Source: Callorhinchus milii (lineage: Eukaryota). From it: a stretch of DNA of 64,000 bases. The stretch is from positions 134,914,001 to 134,978,000 of the forward strand of contig NW_024704742.1 in NCBI RefSeq assembly GCF_018977255.1. The letters run 5' to 3'. Both the position numbers and the translations under genes were made by a program. Positions 24,286 through 37,981 of the stretch are shown here, piece by piece (the first letter of the stretch is position 1; each line of letters begins with the position of its first letter). The notes under the pieces were generated by a model. The model did no database searches and was not told where the DNA came from. It saw only the letters and a list, made by a program, of their open reading frames with translations.

Positions 24286-26838
24286 AATGAACAAGCAGAA
24301 CGCCAGTTATTCGCACATTAATTGTCCACATACCCATGAGATACCAGCAAAAACTATTGAGCGTGCGTGCGAAGTTACACGAAAGTTTCTAGATTGGCTC
24401 TGACTCCGGCTAAAAGATTCTAGCAACCTGGTACATAGGTGCGTAACTTCACACGTGTACACCAACAGAGAAAACGGCAGAGAAAGCGAAAAAGGAAGTA
24501 AACGATGAAGAAAAACAGGGAGTAAATGAGGGGGGAAAAAAGCATCAGAGAAAGAAGTAATATTAAGATCTGCTACTGTAAAACTCATATAAACTTTTTA
24601 AACTTTGTGTTGGGATGTGGGAGATGCTGGACTCAACAACCTACACTGCATATAAGTAATTCAATGCAGCCTATAAGTGCACTTGCGGTAACGGGTCAAG
24701 ACTAAGTTTCCCTCAATTCAATCCATCGCTGCAAGCAAACTTAAATTGGAAGAATTGTGTTTTGTCTACAAATATACACAGTCAATTCACTTTACAGTGT
24801 ATCCTGTGAAGCACTTTGTGATGTCTCGAAGAAGTGATAAGGCCCGATACCAAACGCGCAAGGATTATAAGAATTGGAATCGTGGGAAATTAAGTTTTTC
24901 TGCGCATGTGGCGATGGATAAGAGTGTTTTCTGCGATTCAGTTGGACCAACCACCCTGCTCCAAGGTACTAAAATTAAAAAAATCCACAATATTTATCTG
25001 TCCCAACTGCCTTCACGAATGGGACTTCCTTAGATTTGAGAATCCTGCAAACAATTCTCAGTGGAATAATATACATGTAGAGACATCTAAAGTCTTCCGA
25101 TTCTTACTACTGTACAAAAGCCAGACATTCTAATGGGAGGGTGGTGGAGGGGAAGAGAAAATACCGAATCATATTTAATAAAGCAAAAAAATGGTTTGGG
25201 AATAAATGAAAGGTTTTCAAAAGGAAACCGGGGATAACATCACTGACTCTGATGAAAGTGCTGGCGAGTTAGATCGCAGATGTATAGGGTTGTCACAGTC
25301 AGGGTCTCATCTGGCTGAACCATCCCTTCACCTAATTACTGTATCACAGTTGAAACAACCACGTTATCCCTTTTATCAGCCTGCATCTTGGTTTCCTCTG
25401 GTACCTTTACTAAGCTGAACTGTTCGAAGTGCAATCAAGAGTTGCGAATGGTGCTGTATAATTCTAAGTTGTTCTTTCTCTCTTAACGTCAAGTATTCAT
25501 GGGGGAACAATTGCCTTCCTCAGGATTTTTTAAAAACACAGACACAAAGTTTTGTTGCAATTGTAAAATCCTATTCTGCAGAGATTGAGGTCACTTCAGT
25601 TGTTGTTGAGGGTGGGGGCTCAAAACTGCATTCTCAACACTCCAGATCAGCGAGGCTACCTTGAACACAAGCCATCAAGCTCTGCATTTCAGTATAGAAC
25701 ATGGCTTAGACCCTATAGATAAAGTCTAAACCACATGCAGCTTAGCGCAGAAGACAGCACTATCGCTTTACTCCCCCAAAAACTGGTCACTCAATCCCCG
25801 ACTATTTATGGGACACTACTGTGCGCAATTGGCTGCCGCATTTCGCACACAAAATAGTCAATCCACTTTACACTATGTTCCGTGAAGTGCTTTTTGAGTC
25901 ATCTCAACAACGTGATAATGTACTATATCGAATGCATGGATTATTATTATTTACTGGTGAGGTTGTGGATTCAATTCACTTGTTGTCAAGTCTGTCGATA
26001 TAGACAGAGGGGGATTTTCATGTCTCCTATAGGAAGTTAGGAAAGCAATCTGAGATTCTTTCAGTCACCTTCTCTCCCCCACCCGATTCACCCTATTCAG
26101 CTCCCACAACATGGCTCAGATGCCCAAACAGCTATGTAAAGTGCTCCAAGCACAGCACTGAAATGTCAGCCCAAACTTCCGAAGTTCAGTCACAAAGTGG
26201 GGCTTGAACCCAAAGCTTTCTGACTCAGATACGGATGCAACCAACTGCGTCAGGTTGACACACGATGAGAAGAATGAATGCAGAATACATTAAAAGCAAC
26301 GTTTTTTCCAAGACAAATTTGGAAGCTTGAACAGCAACGTGGGTAGGTATAAATTTCAGAAGCCACAAAGCCAATCTGCATGACTCCAACACCTTCCACA
26401 TTTATCATTGCAACTCAACCCCCTATCAAAGAGGAAGTGATCAGAGACAGTCACAGCACAGATTAATACAGAGACAAATATGGAGACACCACGAGGCAAG
26501 GTTTAGCAAATGCATCATTGAATGGCAACAGTCAAAACCTCTCAGTAACACAGGTTCCGATTATCAGTAATAAAATGATAGATCGCATTAATGATAACCA
26601 GCTTTCAGCTGCCCGCCTTTCTGTAATAGATGCAATGTATACATTTGCCATTAACCCATCTATGGCAGCATTTCTGTTACACTGAATGAAGACACTGGGA
26701 GCTGTGTACAGTCAAGCCCCTCATTAAATTATTGATTTCCTTTGCCTTATCCATAAGGTTACCCCACCATGGCAAGTCAAAGGCTGCAATGAAAGTCTCT
26801 CTCCTCAATCACCTTCAGAGTTTATGGAGAGGAAGTCA

Positions 26839-26970
<132 letters not shown>

Positions 26971-27564
26971 TCAAATGCAAGGATTATTATTATTACTATA
27001 TTGTTATTAATCACCGACAGGCCTGAAATCTTCTGTTGCACTGTAGCAATGAACTGACTGATGCTGCAAACTAAATTAGCAAGTCTCAAATCCCTTTGCT
27101 AAATTTCAAAAATTCATATATGATTATTTTTAACACATAATCCTAATTTAGTGTTTTTTATTGATTCCAAACCAATAGACCGTGCACAAGACCTATTCTT
27201 ACACTTGTACATAGGCCATTTAGTGAGCTTGATACAGTCCTATATTAGCATGCAAGCAGGAGACTTCCTCTCCTTTGCTACACAAATCATATACCACCTC
27301 TGCACTACCAAATTCACCAATTCTGGACATGTCTTTCGGCTTCTGCTATTGACCCTGATTACAATGGCAGTGCCTGTGGTTTGCAAGTGGACTGTGCTTC
27401 AAAATCTGATAAGCATATACTCAGGAACTCACCGCGCTCAGGGCTAAAGAGAATGCTAAAATGTGTAATTCATAGGAACAGGCACAGGCCAGTCATCCCA
27501 TCAAGCTTGTTCCAGCCTGCCCATAATTATTATAAGTTACTACTATAAATTATAAAAAATAATA

Positions 27565-27872
27565 ACTATAGTAAGCCTTGCATTTGGGATAGCTCCTTAT
27601 CATGTCGGAAAGAGGTCTCATAGTGTTTCGCAGGAGTTACTACGAAATGGAGAGACTGTGTATTCGTAGGCGAACACCGCAGTCCAAATTCACATAGCAA
27701 TGTACCCCTCACACAGCCACACATATGAAACGAATGACCAATTTTTTTTAAATGGGGAGATTGTTGGCCAAGGCACCGAGAGAAACTCCCTTCTCTTTTT
27801 GAATAGCGCCGTGGATTCTTTAACATCCTCCTGAACAGGCAGACGGGACCTCGGTTTAACATCTCATCCGAA
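27565..27872 (-). mobile_element. Deu-domain SINE
   Basis: CTGAACAGGCAGACGGGACCTCGGTTTAACATCTCATCCGAA (revcomp Deu domain) plus the shared tail. Confidence 0.85.
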
Positions 27873-28394
27873 GGAAGATCTTTATTAGATCAGGTGGATA
27901 TTAAGAATCCCTCAGCAATACTATGCTGTTTGTTGGACATTGCACCAATTAGTTTCCGCATTCACTCACAAAATATACTGTAAACCCTGTGAAGCTCTTT
28001 GAGGCATACTCCTGACATGAAAGGAACAAATGAAAGGATTATTATTATTAACAATAATTTGGCTGTGGAGGGATAAAGCAATATAAGCAATATATAAACG
28101 CTAAATCTCTTTCTAGAACAATATAGGGTTTATCGTAGTATAATCAAGTGCCATCACTATCACTATCACCTGGCAGAATGGGTGGGCCGAATTGTGAAAG
28201 GCACTTGTATGTGCAAGAGCTACCAAAGTAAACTGAACACTAAATAGTTGAAGGATAAACTCTTAGGTGTGAAGCTGAATGTATTCGGGCAACCAACTGG
28301 AATAACTGTTTATCACACATTTAAGAAACTGCAGCAGACATAAAATGATAGGAGTGAAATTAGCAGCATTTCATAAAATTTAAAAGTGATAAAT

Positions 28395-28700
28395 ATTGCA
28401 TCCTTCTATTTGATATACTGCCTGTCGTTGAAATGTCCCAAAGTGCTTCACAGGATTTACTGTAAAATGTAGTGACTGTATTTTGTGGGTGAACATGGCA
28501 GTCAATGTCACACAAACAGCTGTGAATAGAAATGAGTGACTGGTTTTACCTGGAGGCATTGTTCATCAGGAGACTAGGAGAAACTCCATACTCTTTTCGA
28601 ACAGTGCAATGAGATCCTTAATGTTTAACCTTTAAAGGCAGGCGAGCCCTCGGTTCAATATCTCAGTGAGACATCCCAGCACTGCACTGGAGCACCAGCG
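28395..28700 (-). mobile_element. Degraded Deu-domain SINE
   Basis: CTCTTTTCGAACAGTGCAATGAGATCCTTAATGT...CTCGGTTCAATATCTCA plus tail. Confidence 0.7.
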
Positions 28701-28835
28701 CAGATGTATAAAATCAGCTTATAATTTTTGGTGCCGCATTTACTTAAAAGTTTGGAAAGACACATCACTAAACTTACTAGATGGAGCAGATCAGCTCTTC
28801 ATTCCCATTTGCTATTGGGAAGCCAGGAATACCTA

Positions 28836-29024
<189 letters not shown>

Positions 29025-30460
29025 TTATGCAGAGCAAACCTTTGTTGGCCACCTGACAATACTCACCAGTAAACTGATCTATAATATTTTAATCAATGTA
29101 TAATTGTATATCTACATATTTTAGTTAGATGTCAGGATGGCCTCAGTCTGTGTAGGCCCCTTGCCACTGGGTCAGAAGGTTCAATTCCTATCAACATATT
29201 GGAGCTTGAGCTCACAGTCTTAGCTGACACTCCAGTGCAATACTGGGGGAGTGCTGCAGGGACGTATTAGGTACGCAGTAAGCATGATGGTGGGTTTCCA
29301 CATGTGTCAGACATCCTTGGTGACCCAAAAAAGTACTGGTTGGAATTTTAGGACCCCAACCCCTCCCCTCAAATATTGTGTTATAATTGGGCCATTATAT
29401 TAATATAGTAATGTATAAATTAATATAATTTCTGACCTATCTAGAAATTAGTTTCCTAATTAAGGGGAGATTCCCAAAACTCTGCATGTTTATGTCTCCC
29501 CCTTTGCTGATCAATAATCTGTCATTGCATTTGTGCAATAAACAGGAGCCCAGGTGGTGAATATTAACAACCAAGGTGAGCCGACAGTGATACCTTGCAG
29601 GCACAGCTATTTGAGCCGGAAATTAAATTTTAATTCAATTCCAAAATAAAAATAGATCGTAGAAATGTCCTGATTTGCAGTATGTTCTGGTTCCATCTTC
29701 AAAATAGCCCTTTAACCCTGTGAGAAATGGTATTACAGACACCAGATTGGTACGTCTTAATGCTGAGTTTCATAAATCTTTCGTTTATTGGAGTTCAGAT
29801 GGCAACTACAACCAAGGTTGAGAAGCAAGTGAGTTACATGTGGTGGTGGAGCTAATTCTGCTGTAAAAGTCACAGCGAGAATATAATCAAGAACAAATCA
29901 GTACCAACCGTGACTTCTGCTGACCTCATAAAAATCGGGGCTGAGGTAGAGTGCTAAGTGGGGCGTGTCTGAATTTAACCTGAGTCCTTAGTAATAAGCC
30001 ACCTGAGGAGTCTATTCCCATATTAAACACCCGTTACTAATGGATAGTGGAGGAATATCCAGCTTCACTATTTGACATTTGGAGAGTGGCTACTTTCAAC
30101 AGAATCAGGCACTAGCCAAGTTGCACTTGTATTGCAAGATTGTGTTAAGTAGGCCATTTGGCCCTTCTGTTTTGTGCCTTTCACCCAAAATCACTGCCTT
30201 GAAGAGCTTCACAAACCCAACTGAGGGATTCCCGAGCAACCACAACAGTAACAACAAAACAAGGGGGAATGGGGATGTTGACTGAAGGCATGGTCAAAGA
30301 GGTTTGTTTTTAACATGGTTTTGAAGGTGAGGAGAGAAAATACAAGGCAAAGGGATTTGGGAAGAACAATACATTGGGCCACTTTAGATCTGGTATTGTT
30401 TAGGTCTGGGGCTGTGACATTTCTACCAAATCAGAATGGGCAATCCTTTTAAATCTGGGA

Positions 30461-30820
30461 ATAATAATAATCCTTGCATTTGATATAGCGCCTTATCATG
30501 TCGTTGAGACGTCTCAAAGCGCTTCACAGAATATACTGTAAAGTGGAGTGACTGTGTGTTTTGTGGGTGAAATGAGGCAGCCAATTGTGTATAGCAGCGT
30601 CCACAAACAGTTGCAGATTGAGTGACCATGCTTTTTGGGGGAGGGATTATAAATCCCGGAAAGCGATCTGTCAATTGACTAACAACCGGGTCCCTACCTA
30701 CTGCTAGATAAACAGAGGCATGTGGGGTAAGAAAACTTGCCTACGGTTTCGCCCTGCCGGGAATCGAACCCGGCTCCTCTCATTTGCGAGGCGAGTGCTC
30801 TAACCGCTATAGGACTCCAC
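30461..30820 (-). mobile_element. Full-length tRNA-Ala-like SINE, well preserved
   Basis: Revcomp head GTGGAGTCCTATAGCGGTTAGAGCACTCGCCTCGC...GGGTTCGATTCCCGG with an intact B box. Confidence 0.92.
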
Positions 30821-30913
30821 AATGGCTATACGATAGCAATATGAACATATTTCCAGTTGAAAACAACACACGGATAGCCTCTTGTGTCCTAGCGACCTGA
30901 AAAAAAAGTTTCA

Positions 30914-31096
<183 letters not shown>

Positions 31097-31119
31097 CTAC
31101 AGAAATATATTCTCACATT

Positions 31120-31552
31120 AATAATAACAATAATCTTTGCATTTGATATAGCGCCTTATCATGTCTTTGAGATGTCTCAAAGAGCTTCACGGATTATACT
31201 GTGAAGTGAATTGACTGTATATTTGTGGGCAAAATTGACTTTGTGTTTGTGGGCGAAACCCAGCAGCCAATCACACACAGGAGTGTTCCATAAACACTGA
31301 TAGATTTTTAAAAAACAGAGGGATTAGGGGATATGGGGTAGGGCAGGTAATTAAAGTTAGGGCTGAAGATCAGCCATGATCTTATCGAATAGCGGGGCAG
31401 TCTCGAGGTGCCCAAAGGCCTACTCCTGCTCTTAATTCATATGTTCTTATGTTCTTATAAAGAGTCATGGATTGAGTGACTTTTTATTACATTTTTAATA
31501 ATTTTTTTTTAAAAAGGAATTATTACCCTCGGAAAGTGATCTGCCAATCGAC
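31120..31552 (-). mobile_element. SINE 3' half interrupted by a plus-strand CR1 3' tail (about 31320-31455)
   Basis: SINE tail ends about 24 nt from the WDR7 acceptor; internal GATCAGCCATGATCTTATCGAAT...CCTACTCCTGCTC...TATGTTCTTATG is CR1 3' UTR-like. Confidence 0.75.
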
Positions 31553-32356
31553 GAGCATACCTGCAGGATTGCAGCGGAGTATTTAGACTGTATGAGTTCC
31601 AAGTTCTGACGTGGCGCTTGAACCCACAACCTTTTGACTCTCATAGGCAAGAGTTGCTACCAACTAAGCCAGGCTGACACACAAATCTCAGCACAATCAC
31701 AAACATTTGTATGCAAAAAGCGTTGAAGGAGGCAAAATGTCAATGAGAGTACACACTTTGAGCAAATGTCACTGTAACTGAATCCCGGGTAGCACAGTCA
31801 ACTGAGGACCGGAGCAGAAGGTTCTGGTTTTGAATCCAGAGATCTTTCACAGAAGGTGAGGCATGCAGGAGTCCATCAGATAATGAAGAAAGGACCAGGC
31901 TGAGGGATATGTTCCCCACTCTGTGGTCAAACAGCTCTCTGACACTAACTGGCAAGACTCGCACAATATTATTATTGCATTTGATACGACACCTTATCAT
32001 GTTGTCTCAAAATGCTTCAGGAAGTGTATTGTCAAGTAGATTGACTGCGTATTTTGTGGACAAAACTCAGCAGCCAATTGCGCACAGCAGTGTCCCACAA
32101 ACAACAAATTACATTTGTATAGCGCCTTTCACGTTGGGAGGAAGTCCCAAGGTGGTGGGACACAGTCGTGAATTGAGTGACCACGTTTTTTTTAAAGGAG
32201 TGTTACTCTTGGTTTCGGAGGGAGAAAGGATATCACTATTCCCGACCACCCTAAATTAGAGATTGCACAAGAACTATGATTGAAAAGGCAGGCGAACCAG
32301 TTGCTTGCCTTCTAGTAATGCCCTAATAATAAGCCTTGCGCTTGATTTAGCGCCTA

Positions 32357-32707
<351 letters not shown>

Positions 32708-33424
32708 TCAAGGTCAGTGGAATCATTCAAACAGTTCGAAAATAATGGACTGCAACAATGCGGAGTGATTAGAATGCAACAAATCCCAGCATCAGCTACA
32801 ACGTCAAGTAATTGTACCGTTCGACATAGTGCACATCTGCTTGACAAATAAAATGGTTTAACAAATAAAATGGGGGGAGGGAGGAGGGAGCTAATTGCTA
32901 ACAAATCTACCCTCTAGACTGGAGGCGAAGATATCGAGTTTAGATCTTATAAATGAATTGAAATTGTGCCAGGTTAGTTTTTGGAGTTTTATTTATAATA
33001 ATAGCTATATAAATATTTATGTAACGTCTTTCACATCAAAACGAATGGCTCGGAACACTTTACTGGCTGATTAATCAGAAGGGAAAGTGGATGTTGTTAC
33101 ACGTGTAAACGCTGTTCTAATCTGCACCAATGACGTCCCATAAACAACAATGAGACGAGCAAATTTGGATTTGGAAGGTAAATTGGATTGAAAATGGAAA
33201 AAGGCGAATAACTGGGAGAAAGACTCAAAATTTCTTCACAATATCGAATATCGGGAATATCGAAGTCCCGTGAATTCAACCCAAAACACATATCTGATGA
33301 AAAATAAAATTAATATCAAAATCAAAAGCAAAATGGGATAGTGATCAGTGTTTTTTTAATTAATGAATGATGTTTCAGCCTTTTGAAGGTAATATTGATG
33401 AATGTGCTTCTGTATCCAGCTCAA

Positions 33425-33797
33425 CTTCAAAGTCCTCATCCTTCAAACTGAGCATCTCCCAATCCCTGTGATCTTCTCCTACCTCACTCCTCTGTCCGCA
33501 ACCACCCCTCCCCACCACCCACTTGCTAACTAGTGCCCATGCCCTGCCCCTCCATGCCACCAACGGTAGCCGAGGCTTGAGCTATTGCATCACTAACATC
33601 TGGAACTCCCTGCTTCAACCCCTCGGTCTTGCCTTCTCTCCAATCCTCTTTAAGTCCTCCTTAAAAGGTTACCAATCTGCCTGTGCCCAGGATAACACCC
33701 CACTCCTCCTTTGCTCAGAATCTGACCCAGTTAACGTAAAGCATCCCGAATAATTATCCTATGTGAAGGGGTGCAAATAAATGCAAGTTGTTGTTAT
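33425..33797 (+). mobile_element. Highly degraded L2 3' fragment
   Basis: TTCAAAGTCCTCATCCT...CTGGAACTCCCT...AAATGCAAGTTGTTGTT. Confidence 0.65.
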
Positions 33798-34874
33798 TGC
33801 TATCACTGTCGGTTATGTTTCTTATTTCCAGCATTTGAATTTTGTTGCTTATATTTCTTGCAGGATTACTTACAACCATGTGGTTAACATTTTATAGGAA
33901 ATTAAAAATTTCAACGCGTTTCTTAATTGCACAGCACAATCTGTTCAAACAAAGGAACATTACTCCGGAGATGGACAGTTTCACAATTGATATGACAACA
34001 TCTCAAAAAGCTCCTGGAAAAATCGGATCAGTTACAAAGACAGGAATGCTCTTCTGGAGACAAATGCGGCAGCTAATCCTGCACTGGTAGCATCCTGCAG
34101 ACAACAATGAGCTGAGAACAACAACAACTTGTATTTATATAGCTCCCTTCGGGTGGGTAATGTTTTAGAACGCTTAAAGAGTGATAGAACTCGATCACGA
34201 GCCAATTCAATCAGTAGCCAATTTTAATTTGTCTGAGAAGGAGAATATTGACTAGGGCAAATAGGGAAGAAAAATCTCCTTGTTTCTTTGAATTAATAGT
34301 GAGGGGCGGGTGTCACAATATTAATAATAATCCTTCCATTTGATAATGTGCATTAGCACGTTGAAATGTCTCCAAGCACATCACAAAGTTTTCCGTAATG
34401 TGCAGTGGTGCGTGTATTTGTACGCATATCCTTTAATGTCCTCCTGATTCAAAAGAATCCAAATTAAGGAGTCAATTAAAAAGAGGATGATGATCTGGAG
34501 ATTAATCATTTTTAACTTGAATTTAGCATTCTATACACATAGACCTCATATAACAATTTTCCTTCAAAAATCCCAAAAGATATTTAACGGCAATCATATG
34601 CCAATTATTGCCTTATAATTGCGTCCGCTGAAATTATTCTGATGCACACTGTTAATCCATCGACTATCATCTCATTACGTCAAGGATAAATGTGAATTCC
34701 TTTCCAGTAAGAATTATTTGCATTGAGCACATTTCTCCCACAAGGTACACAGTCGATCCACTTTACAGTATATTCTGTGAAGTGCTTTGAGGCGTCTCGA
34801 CGACGTGATCAGACGCTATATCAAATGAAAGGATTATTATTATTATTAACACAAGCCTCCTATTTATTTTATTA

Positions 34875-35095
34875 CAACTCCATCCTGCAGTCCCTCCGCC
34901 TCACCCCCTCCCTTGTCTCCTTCAAGACCCATCTCAAGACCCTCCTCTTCCACCGTGCTTTTGAGCATCCTGCTCCCCTCACTGCTCCACCCTGCCCTAT
35001 CCCGACCCCCAGCTCGGGTCTGAAACACTGACTATCCAGCGCCTTGGGACGTCCTCTCAATGTGAAAGGCGCTATACAGGGTAATGCTGTTGTTA
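34875..35095 (+). mobile_element. L2 3'-end fragment
   Basis: SFKTHLKTLLFHRAF motif and GCGCCTTGGGACGTCCTCTCAATGTGAAAGGCGCTATA terminal stem-loop region. Confidence 0.85.
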
Positions 35096-35321
35096 TCATT
35101 GACTTGGACAAGGTGTATTAAAGGCACGCACTACATATTTTGTACTACGTATTTTCAGCGACTGTCTGGATACATTGGCACAATTTTGAAGAGCAGAGTT
35201 CTCCAGATACCCTGTGCAGGATTCCTTTCTCAGTCAAATTCACTTCCACCAAAAAATGATTAATTGCTTCTCCTTGCTTCATGGGACGTTGTTGGTGGCA
35301 ATTACTGACTGCATTTGCTTA

Positions 35322-35648
35322 CAGTCTTGCAGTCTAGTGGTTAGCACACTCTCTTCGCAAACGAGAGGACCCGGGTTCGATTCCCAGGCAGGGCAAAACC
35401 TTGGGAAAGTTTCCATCCTCCACATGCCTTGGTTTATGTAGCGGTAAGTAGGAACCCAGTTATTAGCTGATTGGTAGATCGCTTTCCGGGAATAATAATC
35501 TCTCCACAAAAAAACAATGTGATCACTCTCTCGACTGTTTGTGGGACACTGCTGTCTGCAATTATCTGCCATGTTTCACCCACAAAATACAGTCAATTCA
35601 CGTTACATTAGATGTGATCAGGCTCTATATTAAATGCAAGGATTATCA
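35322..35648 (+). mobile_element. tRNA-Ala-like SINE
   Basis: TAGTGGTTAGCACACTC...GGGTTCGATTCCCAGGCAGGGC head, core and tail. Confidence 0.88.
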
Positions 35649-36823
35649 ATACATAATTATACATATTATATGAATAGATATTATTCACCACATTTGCAAC
35701 ACTTGAAAAACAACTTGTTGAGTTTTGAGACGCTTCGATGTGACAAGGTGCGAGTGAAACACAAGCCGAGATCAGCAATATAAAAGCGCAAAATATTCAA
35801 TTCAAACGTGTGAAGATGCTTCAGTACTTTTGCTTTCAGATCATCCGAATTAAAGCCCACCGTGATACACGCTGCTCACAGTGCTTAACACGGTGGTGGG
35901 TTGGCAAGATTTAACGAACCGCCCTCGTTACGAAATACATGCTGGAGCATTAAATTCGATTCCCTTTAAAGATCCAGCAGACACATCTGTCACTTGCTGT
36001 CAAAGAATTAAGCGGGCGGTGATCAAGAAGGGAACAAACACGCTTCACATCTTCAGAGGGCAACAGGCAGCCACAAGCCCTGACCTCCTGGTATAATTTG
36101 TCCTATTATTAACAAACTGCCTTGCGGCCGGGATATCTTACAAGCTGCGTGTCTCCAGTTTGGCAGCATATGCTGCGGACATTTTCAAAGCCTCTCGCTA
36201 CCTCCCGCCATCCCCCTTTTTTGTGAACGCAAAAAAGCATAAAATATCCCCTAGCGGGGTTCTCCTTTGAACTTGGTAACAGGCGCGACACCAAAGTGTG
36301 TTGCTGCCTATTGCTGTAGCAGGTTGGGGCTGTTCAAGGCAACAGCTCTCATTTGAAACGCCAAGGCAGCCGTCTCCTATCTTTTCAGCTCACTGAAGCA
36401 TAATTAGCTGAAAGGTTACCTCTGAAATCGGGGGAGAACAGTGCATGTGCCTCATGTTAAACAAACTGGATCCTTAAAAGGAAATCAATCTTTAAATTGT
36501 GCGTTAAAAATATCCGACCAGCTCCATAAAAAACGTTTGATTTTATACAAAAAATAAATAATACTGAGAATCCTTGCATTGGTACATGTAGCACGGAGAG
36601 AGACCTAAAGCGCTTCACAGGATTGTGAAGTGCAGTGACTGTCGTTTTGGGGGAAAACTCGGCAGCCAATTTGCATCAGCAATGTCTCACTCCCTTCTCT
36701 TTTTGCGCACTGTAGTGCTGTGGGAGCTTTAACATCAAACTGGACATGCAGACGGATCTCGAGACTACCTGAAGAACAAGCGCATGAAATCTTGGTTCAT
36801 GTTTCAGCTTAGGAACATAAGCT

Positions 36824-37117
36824 CGGTGTAGCTCGGTGGTTAGAACACTTGCCTCGCAGGCAACCTGGGTTTGATTATTAGCAGGGCAAAATCCTAGGGC
36901 AATTTTCCTTACTCCACACACCTGAAAATAATCGCTCAAGAAAAAAAACAATAATAAATTGGTCAGTCAATCCACAATTGTTTGTGGGACACTACTGTGC
37001 GTTTCGCCCACAAAATGTACAGTCAATCCACTTTACAGTCTATTCTGTGAAGCGCTCTGAGACATCTAGACGACGTAATAAGGCGCTATATCAAATGCAA
37101 GGATTATTATTATTATT
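36824..37117 (+). mobile_element. tRNA-Ala-like SINE, internally deleted variant
   Basis: GTAGCTCGGTGGTTAGAACACT head; CTCCACACACCT joined directly to AATAATC; shared tail. Confidence 0.85.
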
Positions 37118-37544
37118 TATCCACAGTCTTTTGGGGGAGAGAGTTCCAGATTTCCACTACCCTTATCATTAGATTGGTAGCAGCACAAAGTCTAGTTTTC
37201 CCTGATCTGTACAATTTGTATTTTATTTGCCATTCTTTCTTCTCTCTCCTGTACAGTCCACACCCCCGATTCCTTTCAGTCTTCCAATTCGGTTCTGATG
37301 AATGACAGCAAGCTATTCCCTTCTCTTTCGACCTGCTGAGTGATGCTTTCCACACTTCTGTCAGCGTTCCACATTTACAGCTCTATGGCATGATGGAGAG
37401 GTTTTAAATCATACCCTGTGCTCCAGTTATCCAGGCCTGTCAGTAGCTCAAGTACAGCTCTAAACCAGTGAGAAGTAGCTAAAGGTAACAAAAGTGTGAC
37501 TAGTACTTCCTTATTCCTTGGGGAAACCTAGTTGATTAGCTTCA

Positions 37545-37938
37545 CCTTCAAGATCCTCACACTCGTGTTCAAATCCCTTCACTCCCTGGCACCTCCCTAC
37601 CTCTCCGATCTCCTCACTCCCCAATCCACCACCCGGTCGGTGCCTCTGCTCGACTGGCACCGGCCTCCTGCTCGTCCCTCACACCCTCCGCCCCATCAAT
37701 GGAGGTTGAGCTTCCAGCCACTACGCCCCGAAAGTGTGGAACACTCTCCCTCTATCCCTCCGCCTTGCCCCCTCTCTCCCCTTTTTCAAGTCCCGCCTGA
37801 AAACTTTCCTCTTTGACCGTGCTTAAGGCCACCTCCACCCCTCCCCCCCCCCGTATGGGAGTCAGGCTCCGCCACTGTGAAGAGTTCTGAGACACTTCCC
37901 TGCGAGGAGGGCGATTTATTAGTGCAAGTTGTTGTTGG
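37545..37938 (+). mobile_element. Older L2 3' fragment, tail-to-tail with the young L2
   Basis: FKILTLVFKSLHSLAPPYLSDLL motif; ends GCAAGTTGTTGTT. Confidence 0.85.
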
Positions 37939-37981
37939 TAATTTTGGTCATATTTTAAATCACATTGCTGTTTTTAACCAG

